In this document: positions 1 to 9,524 of the stretch, piece after piece
Layout: each line of letters starts with the position of its first letter
How positions within the stretch are numbered: position 1 is the stretch's first letter
DNA from: Planctomycetota bacterium
GTDB taxonomy: Bacteria > Planctomycetota > B15-G4 > JADJEK01
Length of the DNA stretch: 64,000 nucleotides
Reading direction: 5' to 3'
NCBI GenBank assembly: GCA_044225365.1
Contig: JBGAIQ010000001.1
Location: 128,001-192,000 of the forward strand
The notes under the pieces: generated by a model
The model's database searches: none
What the model was told of the DNA's origin: nothing
What the model saw: only the letters and a program-made list of their open reading frames with translations
Made by a program: the position numbers and the translations under genes

Positions 1-1
1 G

Positions 2-52
2 GGTCGCATCGAGAAGTTCCGCAACAAGTACGGAACCAAGGCCAGCTCCTGA
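2..52 (+). CDS. rpmE: 50S ribosomal protein L31, C-terminal fragment (partial)
   Basis: Frame 2 reads GRIEKFRNKYGTKASS*, the typical L31 C-terminus (GRVEKF..KY); rpmE-prfA-prmC is a common gene order. Confidence 0.8.
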   Translation, partial: GRIEKFRNKYGTKASS

Positions 53-99
53 AGCGCCGTCCCCGATCCTCCTGACTTCAGGCACGGAGCCGACCCGTC

Positions 100-1164
100 A
101 TGCTGGACAAACTGCGCCAGCTCGCGGCCCGCTTCGATGAGATCGAGGCGATGCTGGGGACGCCAGAGGTCGCGACCGACGCCGCACGCTCGCGCGCACT
201 GATGCGCGAGCGGGGCGGCCTGCAGCGCACGGTCGAGGTCTTTCGCGAGTACGAGCGGGTGATCGCAACGCGCGACGAAGCGCGACAGATCCTCGTTTCG
301 GGGAATGACCCGGAGTACGCCGCACTCGCACGCGAAGAACTCGCTCGCACCGAGGAGGCGGAAGCGCGCCTGCGCTCCGAGCTCGAGCGCCTCCTCGTCG
401 ACGACGATCCGAACTCGCTGAAGGACGTCATCATGGAGATTCGCGCGGGCGTTGGCGGTGACGAAGCCTCGCTCTTCGCGGCGGATCTCTTTCGCATGTA
501 CTCGAAGTGGGCGGAGCGTCACGGACTGCGTATCGAGGTGATGACCTCCAACGAGAGCGAAGTCGGCGGCCTCAAGGAGATCATCTTCTCCGTCAGCGGT
601 GATCGACCCTACGATCGGCTGCGCTACGAGAGCGGCGGACATCGCATCCAGCGCGTACCGACGACCGAGACCCAGGGACGCATCCACACGTCGCTCGCCA
701 CCGTCGCCGTGCTTCCCGAAGCGGAGGAGATCGAAGTCGCGGTGCGCGACGACGACATCAAGATCGACACTTTTCGTTCTGGCGGCCCCGGTGGGCAAAA
801 CGTCAACAAGGTGTCGTCCGCGGTGCGACTCACGCATCTTCCCTCGGGACTCGTCGTGGTCTGTCAGGACGAAGCTTCTCAGCACAAGAATCGCGCGAAG
901 GCGTTGCGCGTCCTTCGGGCGCGACTCTTCGAGATGGAAGATCGGAAGCGCCGTGAAGAGCGCGATGCGGCACGCCGTGGAATGGTGGGCTCGGGCGATC
1001 GAAGCGAGCGGATCCGGACCTACAACGTGCCGCAGAATCGCGTCACGGATCATCGAGCGAAGGAGAACTACAACTTCGACCGCGTGATCGACGGCGATCT
1101 CGACGCCTTGTTCCAAGACCTGAAGAAACAAGACATCGACGACCGCTTGAAGCGGTTGAAGTGA
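100..1164 (+). CDS. prfA: Peptide chain release factor 1
   Basis: GGQ motif (SGGPGGQNVNK), RF1-type PxT tripeptide (QRVPTTETQGRIHTS), followed by prmC. Confidence 0.97.
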   Translation: MLDKLRQLAARFDEIEAMLGTPEVATDAARSRALMRERGGLQRTVEVFREYERVIATRDEARQILVSGNDPEYAALAREELARTEEAEARLRSELERLLVDDDPNSLKDVIMEIRAGVGGDEASLFAADLFRMYSKWAERHGLRIEVMTSNESEVGGLKEIIFSVSGDRPYDRLRYESGGHRIQRVPTTETQGRIHTSLATVAVLPEAEEIEVAVRDDDIKIDTFRSGGPGGQNVNKVSSAVRLTHLPSGLVVVCQDEASQHKNRAKALRVLRARLFEMEDRKRREERDAARRGMVGSGDRSERIRTYNVPQNRVTDHRAKENYNFDRVIDGDLDALFQDLKKQDIDDRLKRLK

Positions 1165-2072
1165 TCCTGGATCCTGCTGCTCGCATCGCGAGCCCGAGGA
1201 GTTCGTTGACCATCGAGACGATCGCAGAGTGTCTCGTCCGCGGCGAACGCGTTCTTCGCGACTCCGGCATCGACGAGCCGCGACTCGAAAGCGAACTCCT
1301 GCTCGCGCACTCGCTCTCGATCCCGCGAGTGCGATTGCACGTGGTGCGCGGCGACGCGATCGATCCCGCGAGCGCACGCCACTTCGCGATGCTGATCGAG
1401 CGTCGCTGCCAACGCGAACCTTCGGCCTATCTCCTCGGTCATCGTGAGTTCTACTCGCTCGACTTCCTCGTGGGTCCCGGAGTCCTGGTTCCGCGCCCGG
1501 ACACGGAGACGCTCGTCGATTCGGCTTTGCAGTTCTTGCGCTCGCGCAGTTCACACGAGCCGCCTCGGGTCATCGACGTGGGAACGGGCTCGGGAGCGAT
1601 CGCGATCGCGATTGCGGTGAATCTGCGAACGGCGCGCGTCGTGGCGCTCGATCGGTCGGTGGAGGCGTTGGACTACGCGCGCCGTAACGCGCAGAGGCTC
1701 GGTTGCGCCGATCGAGTTTGCTTCCTCGCGGCGGACCTGAACGATCTTTCCCAAGTGCTTCGAGGCGGTGGGGGCGATTTGCTCGTTTCGAACCCGCCGT
1801 ACGTCGCGGCGGATCAGGTGCGTGACGAGATCGCACACGAGCCTCGGTTGGCGCTCGTCTCGAACCTGGGTCCATTCCCCAAGGTCTACGAGCGACTCGT
1901 CGCGGCCGCGCGGGTCGTGCGTCCAGACGGCGGCTTCATGGTCGAGGTGGGATTAGGTCAAGCAGCCACGGTGGTTGCGCTCCTGCGCGAATCCGGGGAA
2001 TTCGAGCAGGTGGAGACCGTGCCGGATCTCGCCGGCATCGATCGCGTGGTGCGAGCGATCAAGAAATCCTGA
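1161..2072 (+). CDS. prmC: Release factor glutamine methyltransferase
   Basis: VLVPRPDTETLV, SAM motif DVGTGSGAI, NPPY motif; overlaps the prfA stop. Confidence 0.95.
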   Translation: MILDPAARIASPRSSLTIETIAECLVRGERVLRDSGIDEPRLESELLLAHSLSIPRVRLHVVRGDAIDPASARHFAMLIERRCQREPSAYLLGHREFYSLDFLVGPGVLVPRPDTETLVDSALQFLRSRSSHEPPRVIDVGTGSGAIAIAIAVNLRTARVVALDRSVEALDYARRNAQRLGCADRVCFLAADLNDLSQVLRGGGGDLLVSNPPYVAADQVRDEIAHEPRLALVSNLGPFPKVYERLVAAARVVRPDGGFMVEVGLGQAATVVALLRESGEFEQVETVPDLAGIDRVVRAIKKS

Positions 2073-2122
2073 GTACCGAAGCGTGTGCAGTGCGTTGTAG
2101 GTGCGACGCCGCGGTCGGACCT

Positions 2123-2482
2123 TCAGCGCAAGCGGCTCTGGATGTAGTCGTGGAGAGCGAGCTTCGCTTCGTGAGGGATGCCGGTCATGAAGACGGCGAC
2201 TTCGTATCGCGCGGGCTGACTCTTCGGGACCTTTGCGCAACGAACGACTGCGCCTTGGATCTCGAACGCGATCTTCGGAACGCGCGTGCCTTGCGGCGGA
2301 AGTGCGAGGCGAAGTCCGACGAGCGTCATCTCCTTGACCGCTTTGTCGGTCTCGAGCAGGAGGCCCGACTCGCTCATGTTCTTGACGACGGCTTCGAGGC
2401 CGAACTCGTTCGTGGTGAGTCGCGCTCCGAGATCGGTTTCGATCCGCGGCTTGCTGCGTCGTTCCTTCACTCGCTCGACCAT
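2123..2482 (-). CDS. Stand-alone PilZ domain (c-di-GMP receptor) protein
   Basis: RxxxR (ERRSKPR) and N/DxSxxG (NMSESG) motifs; ATG at 2482 has an AAGGAG RBS, so a start shorter than the ORF track is preferred. Confidence 0.85.
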   Translation of the reverse strand: MVERVKERRSKPRIETDLGARLTTNEFGLEAVVKNMSESGLLLETDKAVKEMTLVGLRLALPPQGTRVPKIAFEIQGAVVRCAKVPKSQPARYEVAVFMTGIPHEAKLALHDYIQSRLR

Positions 2483-2541
2483 GGCGTTCTCCTTCGCATC
2501 GGCAGATCCCTGCCGAGTGGTGCCCGATTGAGGACGGATTC

Positions 2542-2570
2542 TCATCGGCACCGCAAGCGTTTCGACTTGA
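2542..2570 (-). promoter_or_regulatory. Sigma-28-like promoter motif TCAAG-N16-GCCGATGA upstream of the PilZ gene
   Basis: Read directly on the minus strand; the same bipartite motif recurs at 8 other intergenic sites. Confidence 0.65.
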
Positions 2571-2661
2571 GCGAAAAACCCGGAGATTTGCGTCTCGAAG
2601 GCCGACTCACGGGATGTCGGATTCGAGGCTGGTTGTTAGAGTCAGAGACACGAGGTGATGC

Positions 2662-3147
2662 ATGGCCAATCTGAACAAAGTCCTCCTCATCGGCCGTCTG
2701 ACGCGGGATCCGCAGCAGCGGTTCATCCCGAGCGGACAGTCTGTCGTGAACATCGGCCTCGCCGTGAATCGCGTCTACAACGTGAACGGCGAGAAGCGCG
2801 AGGAAACGACGTTCGTCGACTGCGAAGCGTGGGGTCAGCAAGGCGACACGCTGATGAAATACATGAAGAAGGGCAACCCGCTCTTCGTGGAGGGTCGACT
2901 GAAGTTCGACAGTTGGCAGACGAAGGAAGGCGAGAAGCGCTCGACCTTGCGCGTCGTGATCGATCGCTTCCAGTTCCTCGGTTCGGGCGCGGGCGGGGGC
3001 GCCGGCGGCGGCGGGGGTGGCGGCTCGCGGGGCGGCGAGGACTTCGATCCCGCCGACTTCGGCGTCGAGGGCAACGCGGGCGGTGGGGCTCGCTCCGGCG
3101 AGGCTCCGGCGGGCCCAGCGGCGATGGAGTCCGACGTCCCGTTCTGA
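2662..3147 (+). CDS. ssb: Single-stranded DNA-binding protein
   Basis: NKVLLIGRLTRDP OB-fold start, Gly-rich linker, acidic C-terminal tip ESDVPF. Confidence 0.97.
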   Translation: MANLNKVLLIGRLTRDPQQRFIPSGQSVVNIGLAVNRVYNVNGEKREETTFVDCEAWGQQGDTLMKYMKKGNPLFVEGRLKFDSWQTKEGEKRSTLRVVIDRFQFLGSGAGGGAGGGGGGGSRGGEDFDPADFGVEGNAGGGARSGEAPAGPAAMESDVPF

Positions 3148-3167
3148 TCGGAACGAGCCCAAGTTCG

Positions 3168-3407
3168 ATGCTCGTACGTGTGCGATTGTTCGCCTCGCTT
3201 CGCGAGAAGCTCGGCCGCGCCGAACTTCCCTGCGAAGCTCCGGAGGGCGCGACCGTCGCCGACGTCCTCGAACGGCTCCGCTTCGAACACCCTGCGCTCG
3301 CCGCGTCCGTGCATTCGACCGCCGTGAATCGACAATACGCAAAGGCGGAGCAGGTCCTTCGAGAAGGCGACGAGATCGCACTCATTCCGCCCGTGAGCGG
3401 AGGGTGA
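3168..3407 (+). CDS. moaD: Molybdopterin synthase sulfur carrier subunit
   Basis: MLVRVRLFASLRE...AVNRQY...GDEIALIPPVSGG with terminal GG; ATG 3168 inside the 2655..3407 ORF. Confidence 0.93.
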   Translation: MLVRVRLFASLREKLGRAELPCEAPEGATVADVLERLRFEHPALAASVHSTAVNRQYAKAEQVLREGDEIALIPPVSGG

Positions 3408-3411
3408 TGCG

Positions 3412-3822
3412 GTGATCGACATCGTCGACCATCCGATCGACGTCGAGAGTCTGACGTGCGGGCCCTTCCGCGGGGTCGAAGGCGGAGTCGTTTCCTTCAT
3501 CGGCACCGTTCGCGCTTCGACGCGCGGGCGCGAAGTGCTGCGCTTGCACTACGAGGCGTACCCGGAAATGGCACTCCTCGAGATCGAAGCGATCGTGAAC
3601 GAGGGCAAGCGACGCTTCGCCGTCGATTCGATCGACATCGTGCATCGAGTCGGCACCTTGCTTCCCGGGGACGTCGCGGTGGTGATCGTGGTGCGCGCGC
3701 CGCATCGTGGCGCTGCATTCGACGGGTGTCGCTTCGCGATCGACACGCTGAAGGAGACCGTGCCGATCTGGAAGAAGGAAGTGTTCCGCGATGGCGAGAT
3801 CTGGGTCGGCGACCGGCCCTGA
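3412..3822 (+). CDS. moaE: Molybdopterin synthase catalytic subunit
   Basis: FIGTVR, LHYEAYPEMA, HRVG, APHR, LKETVPIWKKE motifs; follows moaD. Confidence 0.95.
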   Translation: MIDIVDHPIDVESLTCGPFRGVEGGVVSFIGTVRASTRGREVLRLHYEAYPEMALLEIEAIVNEGKRRFAVDSIDIVHRVGTLLPGDVAVVIVVRAPHRGAAFDGCRFAIDTLKETVPIWKKEVFRDGEIWVGDRP

Positions 3823-3839
3823 CCGTTCGCTGCCTGCGC

Positions 3840-4658
3840 TCAGAAGTCCGTATCGAGGGCGTCGCGGCTCGGAGAGTTGCGGATCGTGACGCGGCGACCG
3901 AAACGGCAAATGCCGCGGCGCGTCTTGCGGATGAAATCGATGATCGTTGCCGCTTCGTCGGAGGCCTCGAGACGCTCGACCTCCGCGATCGCGTCGGGGA
4001 TCGGGAGTCGGAAGAAGAAGCGGAAGATGCGCCGGATGCGGTTGCGCGCTTCGGGATCGAATCCGCTGCGGCGCAGACCCACGACGTTCGAACCGACGAT
4101 CGTGTCGATTCCCGACGCCATGCTGAACGGGATCACGTCCTTGCCGATGCCGCCGAGCCCCTGGACGATCGCGAGTCGCCCGATGCGGGCGAATTGATGG
4201 ACCACGACGTTCCCCGAGATGAACGCCCGGTCCTGGACCTCGACATGGCCGCCGAGCAGCGCTCCGTTCACCAGAGTGACGGAGTTCCCGATGTGGCAGT
4301 CATGCGCGACGTGAGCGTGACCCATGATCAGGTTGTCGTCACCGATGCTCGTGACTCCGGTGCCTTGAACCGTTCCGCGGTGGATCTCGGCGTGCTCGCG
4401 AATCGTATTGCGATTGCCGATCACGAGGCGCGTCGGCTCGCCCTTGTAACCCATGTGCTGCGGTTCATGGCCGATGACCGCGAACGGATGGATCACGTTG
4501 TCGCAACCGATCTCGGTATGACCCGAGACGTGGACGAAGGCGACGAGACGGGTTCGGGGACCGATCTTCGCCGGGCCGTCGACGACGACACAGGGACCGA
4601 TCTCGACGTCGGAGGCGATCTCGGCGCGCGGATCGACGACAGCGGTGGGGTGGATCAA
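3840..4658 (-). CDS. lpxA: Acyl-ACP--UDP-N-acetylglucosamine O-acyltransferase
   Basis: IHPTAVV hexapeptide repeats, IHRGT, HVAHDC catalytic motif, VHQF, NVVGLRR; probable TTG start 4658 with GAGG RBS. Confidence 0.88.
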   Translation of the reverse strand: MIHPTAVVDPRAEIASDVEIGPCVVVDGPAKIGPRTRLVAFVHVSGHTEIGCDNVIHPFAVIGHEPQHMGYKGEPTRLVIGNRNTIREHAEIHRGTVQGTGVTSIGDDNLIMGHAHVAHDCHIGNSVTLVNGALLGGHVEVQDRAFISGNVVVHQFARIGRLAIVQGLGGIGKDVIPFSMASGIDTIVGSNVVGLRRSGFDPEARNRIRRIFRFFFRLPIPDAIAEVERLEASDEAATIIDFIRKTRRGICRFGRRVTIRNSPSRDALDTDF

Positions 4659-4815
4659 GGAGGTTGCCTCGGCGGTTCTTTTCGATTCGGGGTGCGGGCC
4701 CGGTCGCGAACGAGCGAACCTGCATGCGACAGTCGAACGAAACACGTTATCCGGTGGAAACGTCGCGATCCAGCGTCGGTTTTCGACGTGGCAACCGCTC
4801 GCCGTTGCCCGCGAC

Positions 4816-6375
4816 TCAGAGGTGCAGGATTTCGGCGTCGTCCCACGAGTACACGATCTGAGGATTGACTGCATCGGGATACTCGCCGCCGCCCATCAGC
4901 AGCACCGTGCCGTCGCACAGCAAGTTCGCCGAGAAGTTCGCGCGGGGTCGAATCATCGCGATCGAGCCGTAGAACGTTCCGTTCTGGTCGAGGATGTCGA
5001 TCGTGGCGTCCGGAGTCGGACTGGTCAGGATTCCGTACGCGCCCCCCGCGATCGCGACCAGCCCATCGTTCGTTCGGACGACCGTCGTGAGAGCGCGCGC
5101 GACCGACATCGTCGTGACGATCTGGAACGAGTTGGTTCCGACGTCGTATTCGGCGATCGAGTTGGTCGCGGTCGGGGTCAGCGCAGTGCCCTGCGCGCCG
5201 CCGATCAACCACACGTTGCCGTTGTCCAGTCGTATGGCCGCATGGCCGAAGCGGTCGCCCGTCGACATCGTCGCATTGGCGGTCAGCGTGCCGATCCCGG
5301 CATTCGGCGTGTAGAGCTGGAACTTGTCGGAGATCGCGGGGATTCCGAAGAGGCCGAGCGTGTAGCCGCCGGTGAGGAGGATCTTGTTGTTCGCGAGCGT
5401 CGTCGCCGTGTGGCCAATGCGAGGCTCGGCCATGTCGGGCCCGGCCGTCCATGTGTTGGTCGCCGGATTGAAGATCGTCGTCGACTTGAGGGCGCCGAGC
5501 AGCGTCGCCAACGCATTGGCGAACGAGTTGGTTCCTCCCGTGATCCAGACTCGGCCGTCGGGCAGGAGGTTCGCGGTGTGAAGCGCTCGCGGCGTCGACA
5601 TGTTCGGCAGAGCGACGGAAGTGTGGGTGGCCGGGTCGTAGAGCTCGGCGAACGCGGTCGGATCCCCGACGCCGTCGTCCGCACCGCCGGCGAGCAGGAT
5701 CTTGCCGTTCGCCAACCTCGTGGCCGTGTGCGAGACGCGGGGCTGCAGCATGTCGCCGAGATGCGTGAACGTCTGCGTTGCGGGGTCGTAGCGATCGATC
5801 GACCGCTGGCCGTAGGACGCTGCGACTCCGTCCGCGCCGCCGCCGAAGACGAGTAGGGAATTGTCGGGCATCGCCACGACGGCCTGACCCGCGCGGGCGA
5901 CGTTCATGGTGCTCGCGACGGCGCGCGTCGTCTGCGGCATCGACGGCGTCCAGATCCACGGGTTCGACTTGCCGCCGAAGTGAACGTTGTTCACGATCCG
6001 CAACGCCTGGAGATGCAATGTCAGAACCTGCAGGATCGGGTCGTAGGGGAAAGGAAGGGGGATCACGACCTTTCCACCGGCGGGAATCGTGCCGAGGAAC
6101 CCGGGGATCGCGAGCGATAGATCGATGAGATCGAACCCGACGTCGATCGAACTCGGGGTGTGCGGCGGCGGGAGCACGGTGGGGCCGCCGGAGAGCGAGA
6201 GCACCACGAGGTACGAATCACCGGGTGTCCCTGACACTTCGACCGTCGTAATGGACCCCTCGGTCGCACCGCCGACCGATTTCAACGTCAAGACGTCGCC
6301 GATTGCGCTCGTCGCTCCGATACCCGCGAAGACCGTGGTAGCGACGAAGAAGCCCGCGATCGAAGAGCGATTCAT
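4816..6375 (-). CDS. Secreted kelch-repeat (beta-propeller) protein
   Basis: Signal peptide MNRSSIAGFFVATTVFAGIGATSAIG with GGAG RBS; repeated M..PR..HTAT.L.(D/N)G.(I/V)L..GG ... YDPAT units. Confidence 0.85.
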   Translation of the reverse strand: MNRSSIAGFFVATTVFAGIGATSAIGDVLTLKSVGGATEGSITTVEVSGTPGDSYLVVLSLSGGPTVLPPPHTPSSIDVGFDLIDLSLAIPGFLGTIPAGGKVVIPLPFPYDPILQVLTLHLQALRIVNNVHFGGKSNPWIWTPSMPQTTRAVASTMNVARAGQAVVAMPDNSLLVFGGGADGVAASYGQRSIDRYDPATQTFTHLGDMLQPRVSHTATRLANGKILLAGGADDGVGDPTAFAELYDPATHTSVALPNMSTPRALHTANLLPDGRVWITGGTNSFANALATLLGALKSTTIFNPATNTWTAGPDMAEPRIGHTATTLANNKILLTGGYTLGLFGIPAISDKFQLYTPNAGIGTLTANATMSTGDRFGHAAIRLDNGNVWLIGGAQGTALTPTATNSIAEYDVGTNSFQIVTTMSVARALTTVVRTNDGLVAIAGGAYGILTSPTPDATIDILDQNGTFYGSIAMIRPRANFSANLLCDGTVLLMGGGEYPDAVNPQIVYSWDDAEILHL

Positions 6376-6522
6376 GACGTCTCCCGGGAGTGGCCGGCGT
6401 GCGCACGGCGGATGCATCCAGTATTGCATCATCCTATTCCGAATCGGGCGCTCGGGAAAGCGCCTCGGAACCGACGCCCACGGGCGACGGGGGAGCGATC
6501 TCGAAACGTCGTGGAGCGAGAC

Positions 6523-6551
6523 GGAAGTGTCCAACCGTCGAATGCCGATGA
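6523..6551 (+). promoter_or_regulatory. Sigma-28-like promoter motif GGAAG-N16-GCCGATGA
   Basis: About 50 nt upstream of the TPR-peptidase start; -10-like half perfect, -35-like half degenerate. Confidence 0.45.
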
Positions 6552-6599
6552 GCCGAGTGCTACATTCGAAACCGTCCCCGCTCGGTCCGGAGGTGTGCG

Positions 6600-9524
6600 T
6601 TGCGCGTTCTCGCGGTCGTCGTCCCTTGTTTCCTCGTCGCCACCCTCGCTTCCGCCCGTCAGGACGACGTCGGCGTCGCGGACGATTTGAAACTCGCGCG
6701 CGAGGAACTCGACGCGGGGCACTTTTACAAGGCATCGAAGGTCCTGAAGGCCGTGCTCGACGAGACGCCCGACCTCGCGGCGGCGTCGTTGCTCTATCTC
6801 GAGTCCGAGTCGGCTCAAGGACACTACGAGACGGCCGACGAGGTCGATGCGAAGCTCGCTCAGCTCGCAGCGCACACCGAAGAGATCGATGCGGCCCGGG
6901 CACGCTACGCGTTCGCTCGCGGGCAGTACGATCGAGCGAACTCTCTGGCGGAATCTCTCGCGAGTTCGGCGCGCGACCGCGGACGCGTCCTCGAGGCCGA
7001 TTGGATGCGCGTCGCCATCTTGTTCGGACGCGGTGAACGCGAGGCGGCGCGAACGCTCGCGAAGACCGTGCTACCGACGAAGATCGGGAAGGACGGAGAT
7101 CCCGTCGAACTCTTCGGTGCGGCAAGGATCCTGCGCGCGATCGGGCAGCTCGAACTCGCTGCGGAATGTTGCGTCTACGCCGAGCGCACGCTGCGCAGTC
7201 AGAATCGATCCACGGCGGACGTCCTACTCCTTCTCGGCGACCTCGAACGCGCGGCGCTGTCGCTCGATTCGGGGTCGGACGGGGGCGCTCCGCGAGCGTT
7301 TGCGACCTACCGCGATGCGCTCGAACAGAATTCCGGACTCGTCGCCGCAAAAGTGGGGCGAGCCTGGATGCACCTCTACGTCAACGCGAGCGTCGAGGCC
7401 GAGGCGGAGATCGACGATGCGCTCCTCATCAATCCTCGCGACCCCGACGCGCTCGTCGTGAAGGCGTGGATCCAGGTCGGTGATGCGAGATACGCCGACG
7501 CTCTGAAGACGCTCGAGCCAGCGCTCGTCACCAATCCGAACCACAAGAAGGCGCATGCTGTGCGCGCAGCGGCGTTCCATCTGCTGCGGCGTACCGACGA
7601 GTTCGCAACCGAGGAGAAGACGCTCCTCGCGCTCGATCCAACCTACGGCGAACTCTATTGGACGATCGGCGACGCGCTGTCGAAGGTGTATCGCTTCGAG
7701 GAAGCGGTGCCGTTCCACGAACGCGCTGTGAAGCTCGATCCCGAGTTGCCGCTCGCTCCGATCTCCCTCGGACGCGACCTCTGTTTCAGTGGACGCGAGG
7801 CCGAGGGCCAGGAGGCGCTCGAGAAGTCCGAACAGACGCATCCCTTCGCGCATCCGTGGCGCAACAACATGCTCCTCGTGATGAAGAAGCTGCGCGACGA
7901 GTTCGTGGCGGTCGAGTCGAAGGACTTCGACATCAAGATGAACATCGACGAGAACGCCGTTCTCGGTCCGCTGCTGCGAGACACGCTCGAGAGCGACATC
8001 GTCAAGCTCGAGACGAAGTACGGCTGGCACATCGAGCGCAAAGTGCTCGTCGAGATGTTCCCGGAGATGGCGGACTTCTCCGTTCGCTCCGTGGGACTCG
8101 TCGGTGTCGGTGCGGTCGGAGTCTGTTTCGGACACCTCGTCACGCTCGTCTCGCCCCGCTCCGAAGCGCGCTGGACGTTCGTCTGGCGGCGCACCGCGCT
8201 CCACGAATTGACGCACGTCTTCACGCTCGGACGCTCCAAGAAGCGGGTTCCCCGGTGGTTCACCGAGGGACTCTCGGTGTACGAAGAGCGCTGCGTGAAG
8301 ACGAACTGGTATCGCGATCAGATCGCCGAGTTGAACGACGCCGTCGCGAATCACGATCTCCTGCGCCTGCGGACCTTCAACGCAGCGTTCCGCGGGCCGC
8401 GAATCGGATTCGGGTACTTCCAGGCGGGACTCGTCTGCGAGTTCATCGCGAAGACGTACGGCTTCGACAAGATCCTCGCGATGCTCGATGCCTATGCCGA
8501 CGACCTCGAGACACCGAACGTGATCGATCGCGTCTTCCATAAGTCGCCCGAGGCGCTCGACGACGAGTTCGAGGCATGGGTGCGCGCCAACATCCTGAAA
8601 GGAGTGGCGGTGCAGGCGTCCTACGGAATCGACGAGCGCAAGCGGATGCGCGATCGGATCAAGAAGGACCCGAACGACGTCGAGACCATGGCTCAGCTCG
8701 CATGGGCGCTGTATCAGAGTGGGAATTCCGTCGACGCCGGCACGATGCTCGACAAGGTCCTCAAGATCGATCCCTCGAATCCGGCCGCGCTACGGCTCCT
8801 TGGTCGCCGCGATCTCGAGAATGGCCGCGAGGATCTCGCGCGGGAGCACCTCGAACGAGCATTCGCGACGGGGAAGTACGAGTACTACTCCAGTCTGCTG
8901 GTCGCGAGATTGCGGAACGAGGCGAAGGACGACAAGGGCACCGAAGAGGCGCTTCGCGCGGCTCACGATTGCTTCAAGGACGATCCGTCGGACTCCTCGG
9001 CGAGCGACCAGCTCCGCAAATTCCTTCTCGAGCGCGGTCGGGACGACGAGGCTCGGGCCCTCCTGCTCGAGCGCATCGAGTTGATCGAGTCGGCGTTTCG
9101 GCCCCGTCTCGACTACGCGGAGGGGTTGTTCGAGAGCGGCGATCTCGCGACGGCCGAGCACTACATCGATGAAGCGGAAGACATCGATCCTTTCTCGCGA
9201 CGCGTATACCGCATGCGTGCAGCCGTGGCGACCGCGGGCAAGCATCCCGCCGACGCCATCACCGCGCTGCGGCGCGCCCTTCTCGTTGACCGTCGGTTGG
9301 AGCAGGGTTATAGTCCGCCGCGTTCTCCCGAGGAGCGAACGAAGTTCGAGGCGGAGGAGAAGCAGCAGCAGCGCGAGATCCTGATTCAGATCGTCGAAGC
9401 AGAGCTGGAACTCAGCGACCTCGACGCGGCGACGAAGGATCTCGATCGGCTGCGACAGATCGATCCGCAGGCGGGTGATTTGAAGCGCCTCGCGGAGGCC
9501 ATCGAGGCGCGACGCGAGAAGTGA
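6600..9524 (+). CDS. Exported TPR-repeat protein with central gluzincin (peptidase MA-like) domain
   Basis: Signal peptide; many TPR-like helical repeats; HEXXH (LHELTH) followed by VPRWFTEGLSVYEE. Confidence 0.85.
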   Translation: MRVLAVVVPCFLVATLASARQDDVGVADDLKLAREELDAGHFYKASKVLKAVLDETPDLAAASLLYLESESAQGHYETADEVDAKLAQLAAHTEEIDAARARYAFARGQYDRANSLAESLASSARDRGRVLEADWMRVAILFGRGEREAARTLAKTVLPTKIGKDGDPVELFGAARILRAIGQLELAAECCVYAERTLRSQNRSTADVLLLLGDLERAALSLDSGSDGGAPRAFATYRDALEQNSGLVAAKVGRAWMHLYVNASVEAEAEIDDALLINPRDPDALVVKAWIQVGDARYADALKTLEPALVTNPNHKKAHAVRAAAFHLLRRTDEFATEEKTLLALDPTYGELYWTIGDALSKVYRFEEAVPFHERAVKLDPELPLAPISLGRDLCFSGREAEGQEALEKSEQTHPFAHPWRNNMLLVMKKLRDEFVAVESKDFDIKMNIDENAVLGPLLRDTLESDIVKLETKYGWHIERKVLVEMFPEMADFSVRSVGLVGVGAVGVCFGHLVTLVSPRSEARWTFVWRRTALHELTHVFTLGRSKKRVPRWFTEGLSVYEERCVKTNWYRDQIAELNDAVANHDLLRLRTFNAAFRGPRIGFGYFQAGLVCEFIAKTYGFDKILAMLDAYADDLETPNVIDRVFHKSPEALDDEFEAWVRANILKGVAVQASYGIDERKRMRDRIKKDPNDVETMAQLAWALYQSGNSVDAGTMLDKVLKIDPSNPAALRLLGRRDLENGREDLAREHLERAFATGKYEYYSSLLVARLRNEAKDDKGTEEALRAAHDCFKDDPSDSSASDQLRKFLLERGRDDEARALLLERIELIESAFRPRLDYAEGLFESGDLATAEHYIDEAEDIDPFSRRVYRMRAAVATAGKHPADAITALRRALLVDRRLEQGYSPPRSPEERTKFEAEEKQQQREILIQIVEAELELSDLDAATKDLDRLRQIDPQAGDLKRLAEAIEARREK

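Noticed and set aside
100-1164. Programmed frameshift as in prfB
   Set aside because: The gene is RF1 (PxT motif) and a continuous ORF; no internal CTT-TGA slippage site is needed
6376-7350. N-terminal 325 aa of the 844-aa ORF 4816..7350 (and similar upstream extensions of ORFs starting at 2655, 17014, 26324, 28767, 34270, 38571, 42006, 42779, 52889)
   Set aside because: The extensions overlap neighbouring real genes; internal starts with an RBS or stop/start overlap match the family N-termini, so these are not fusions
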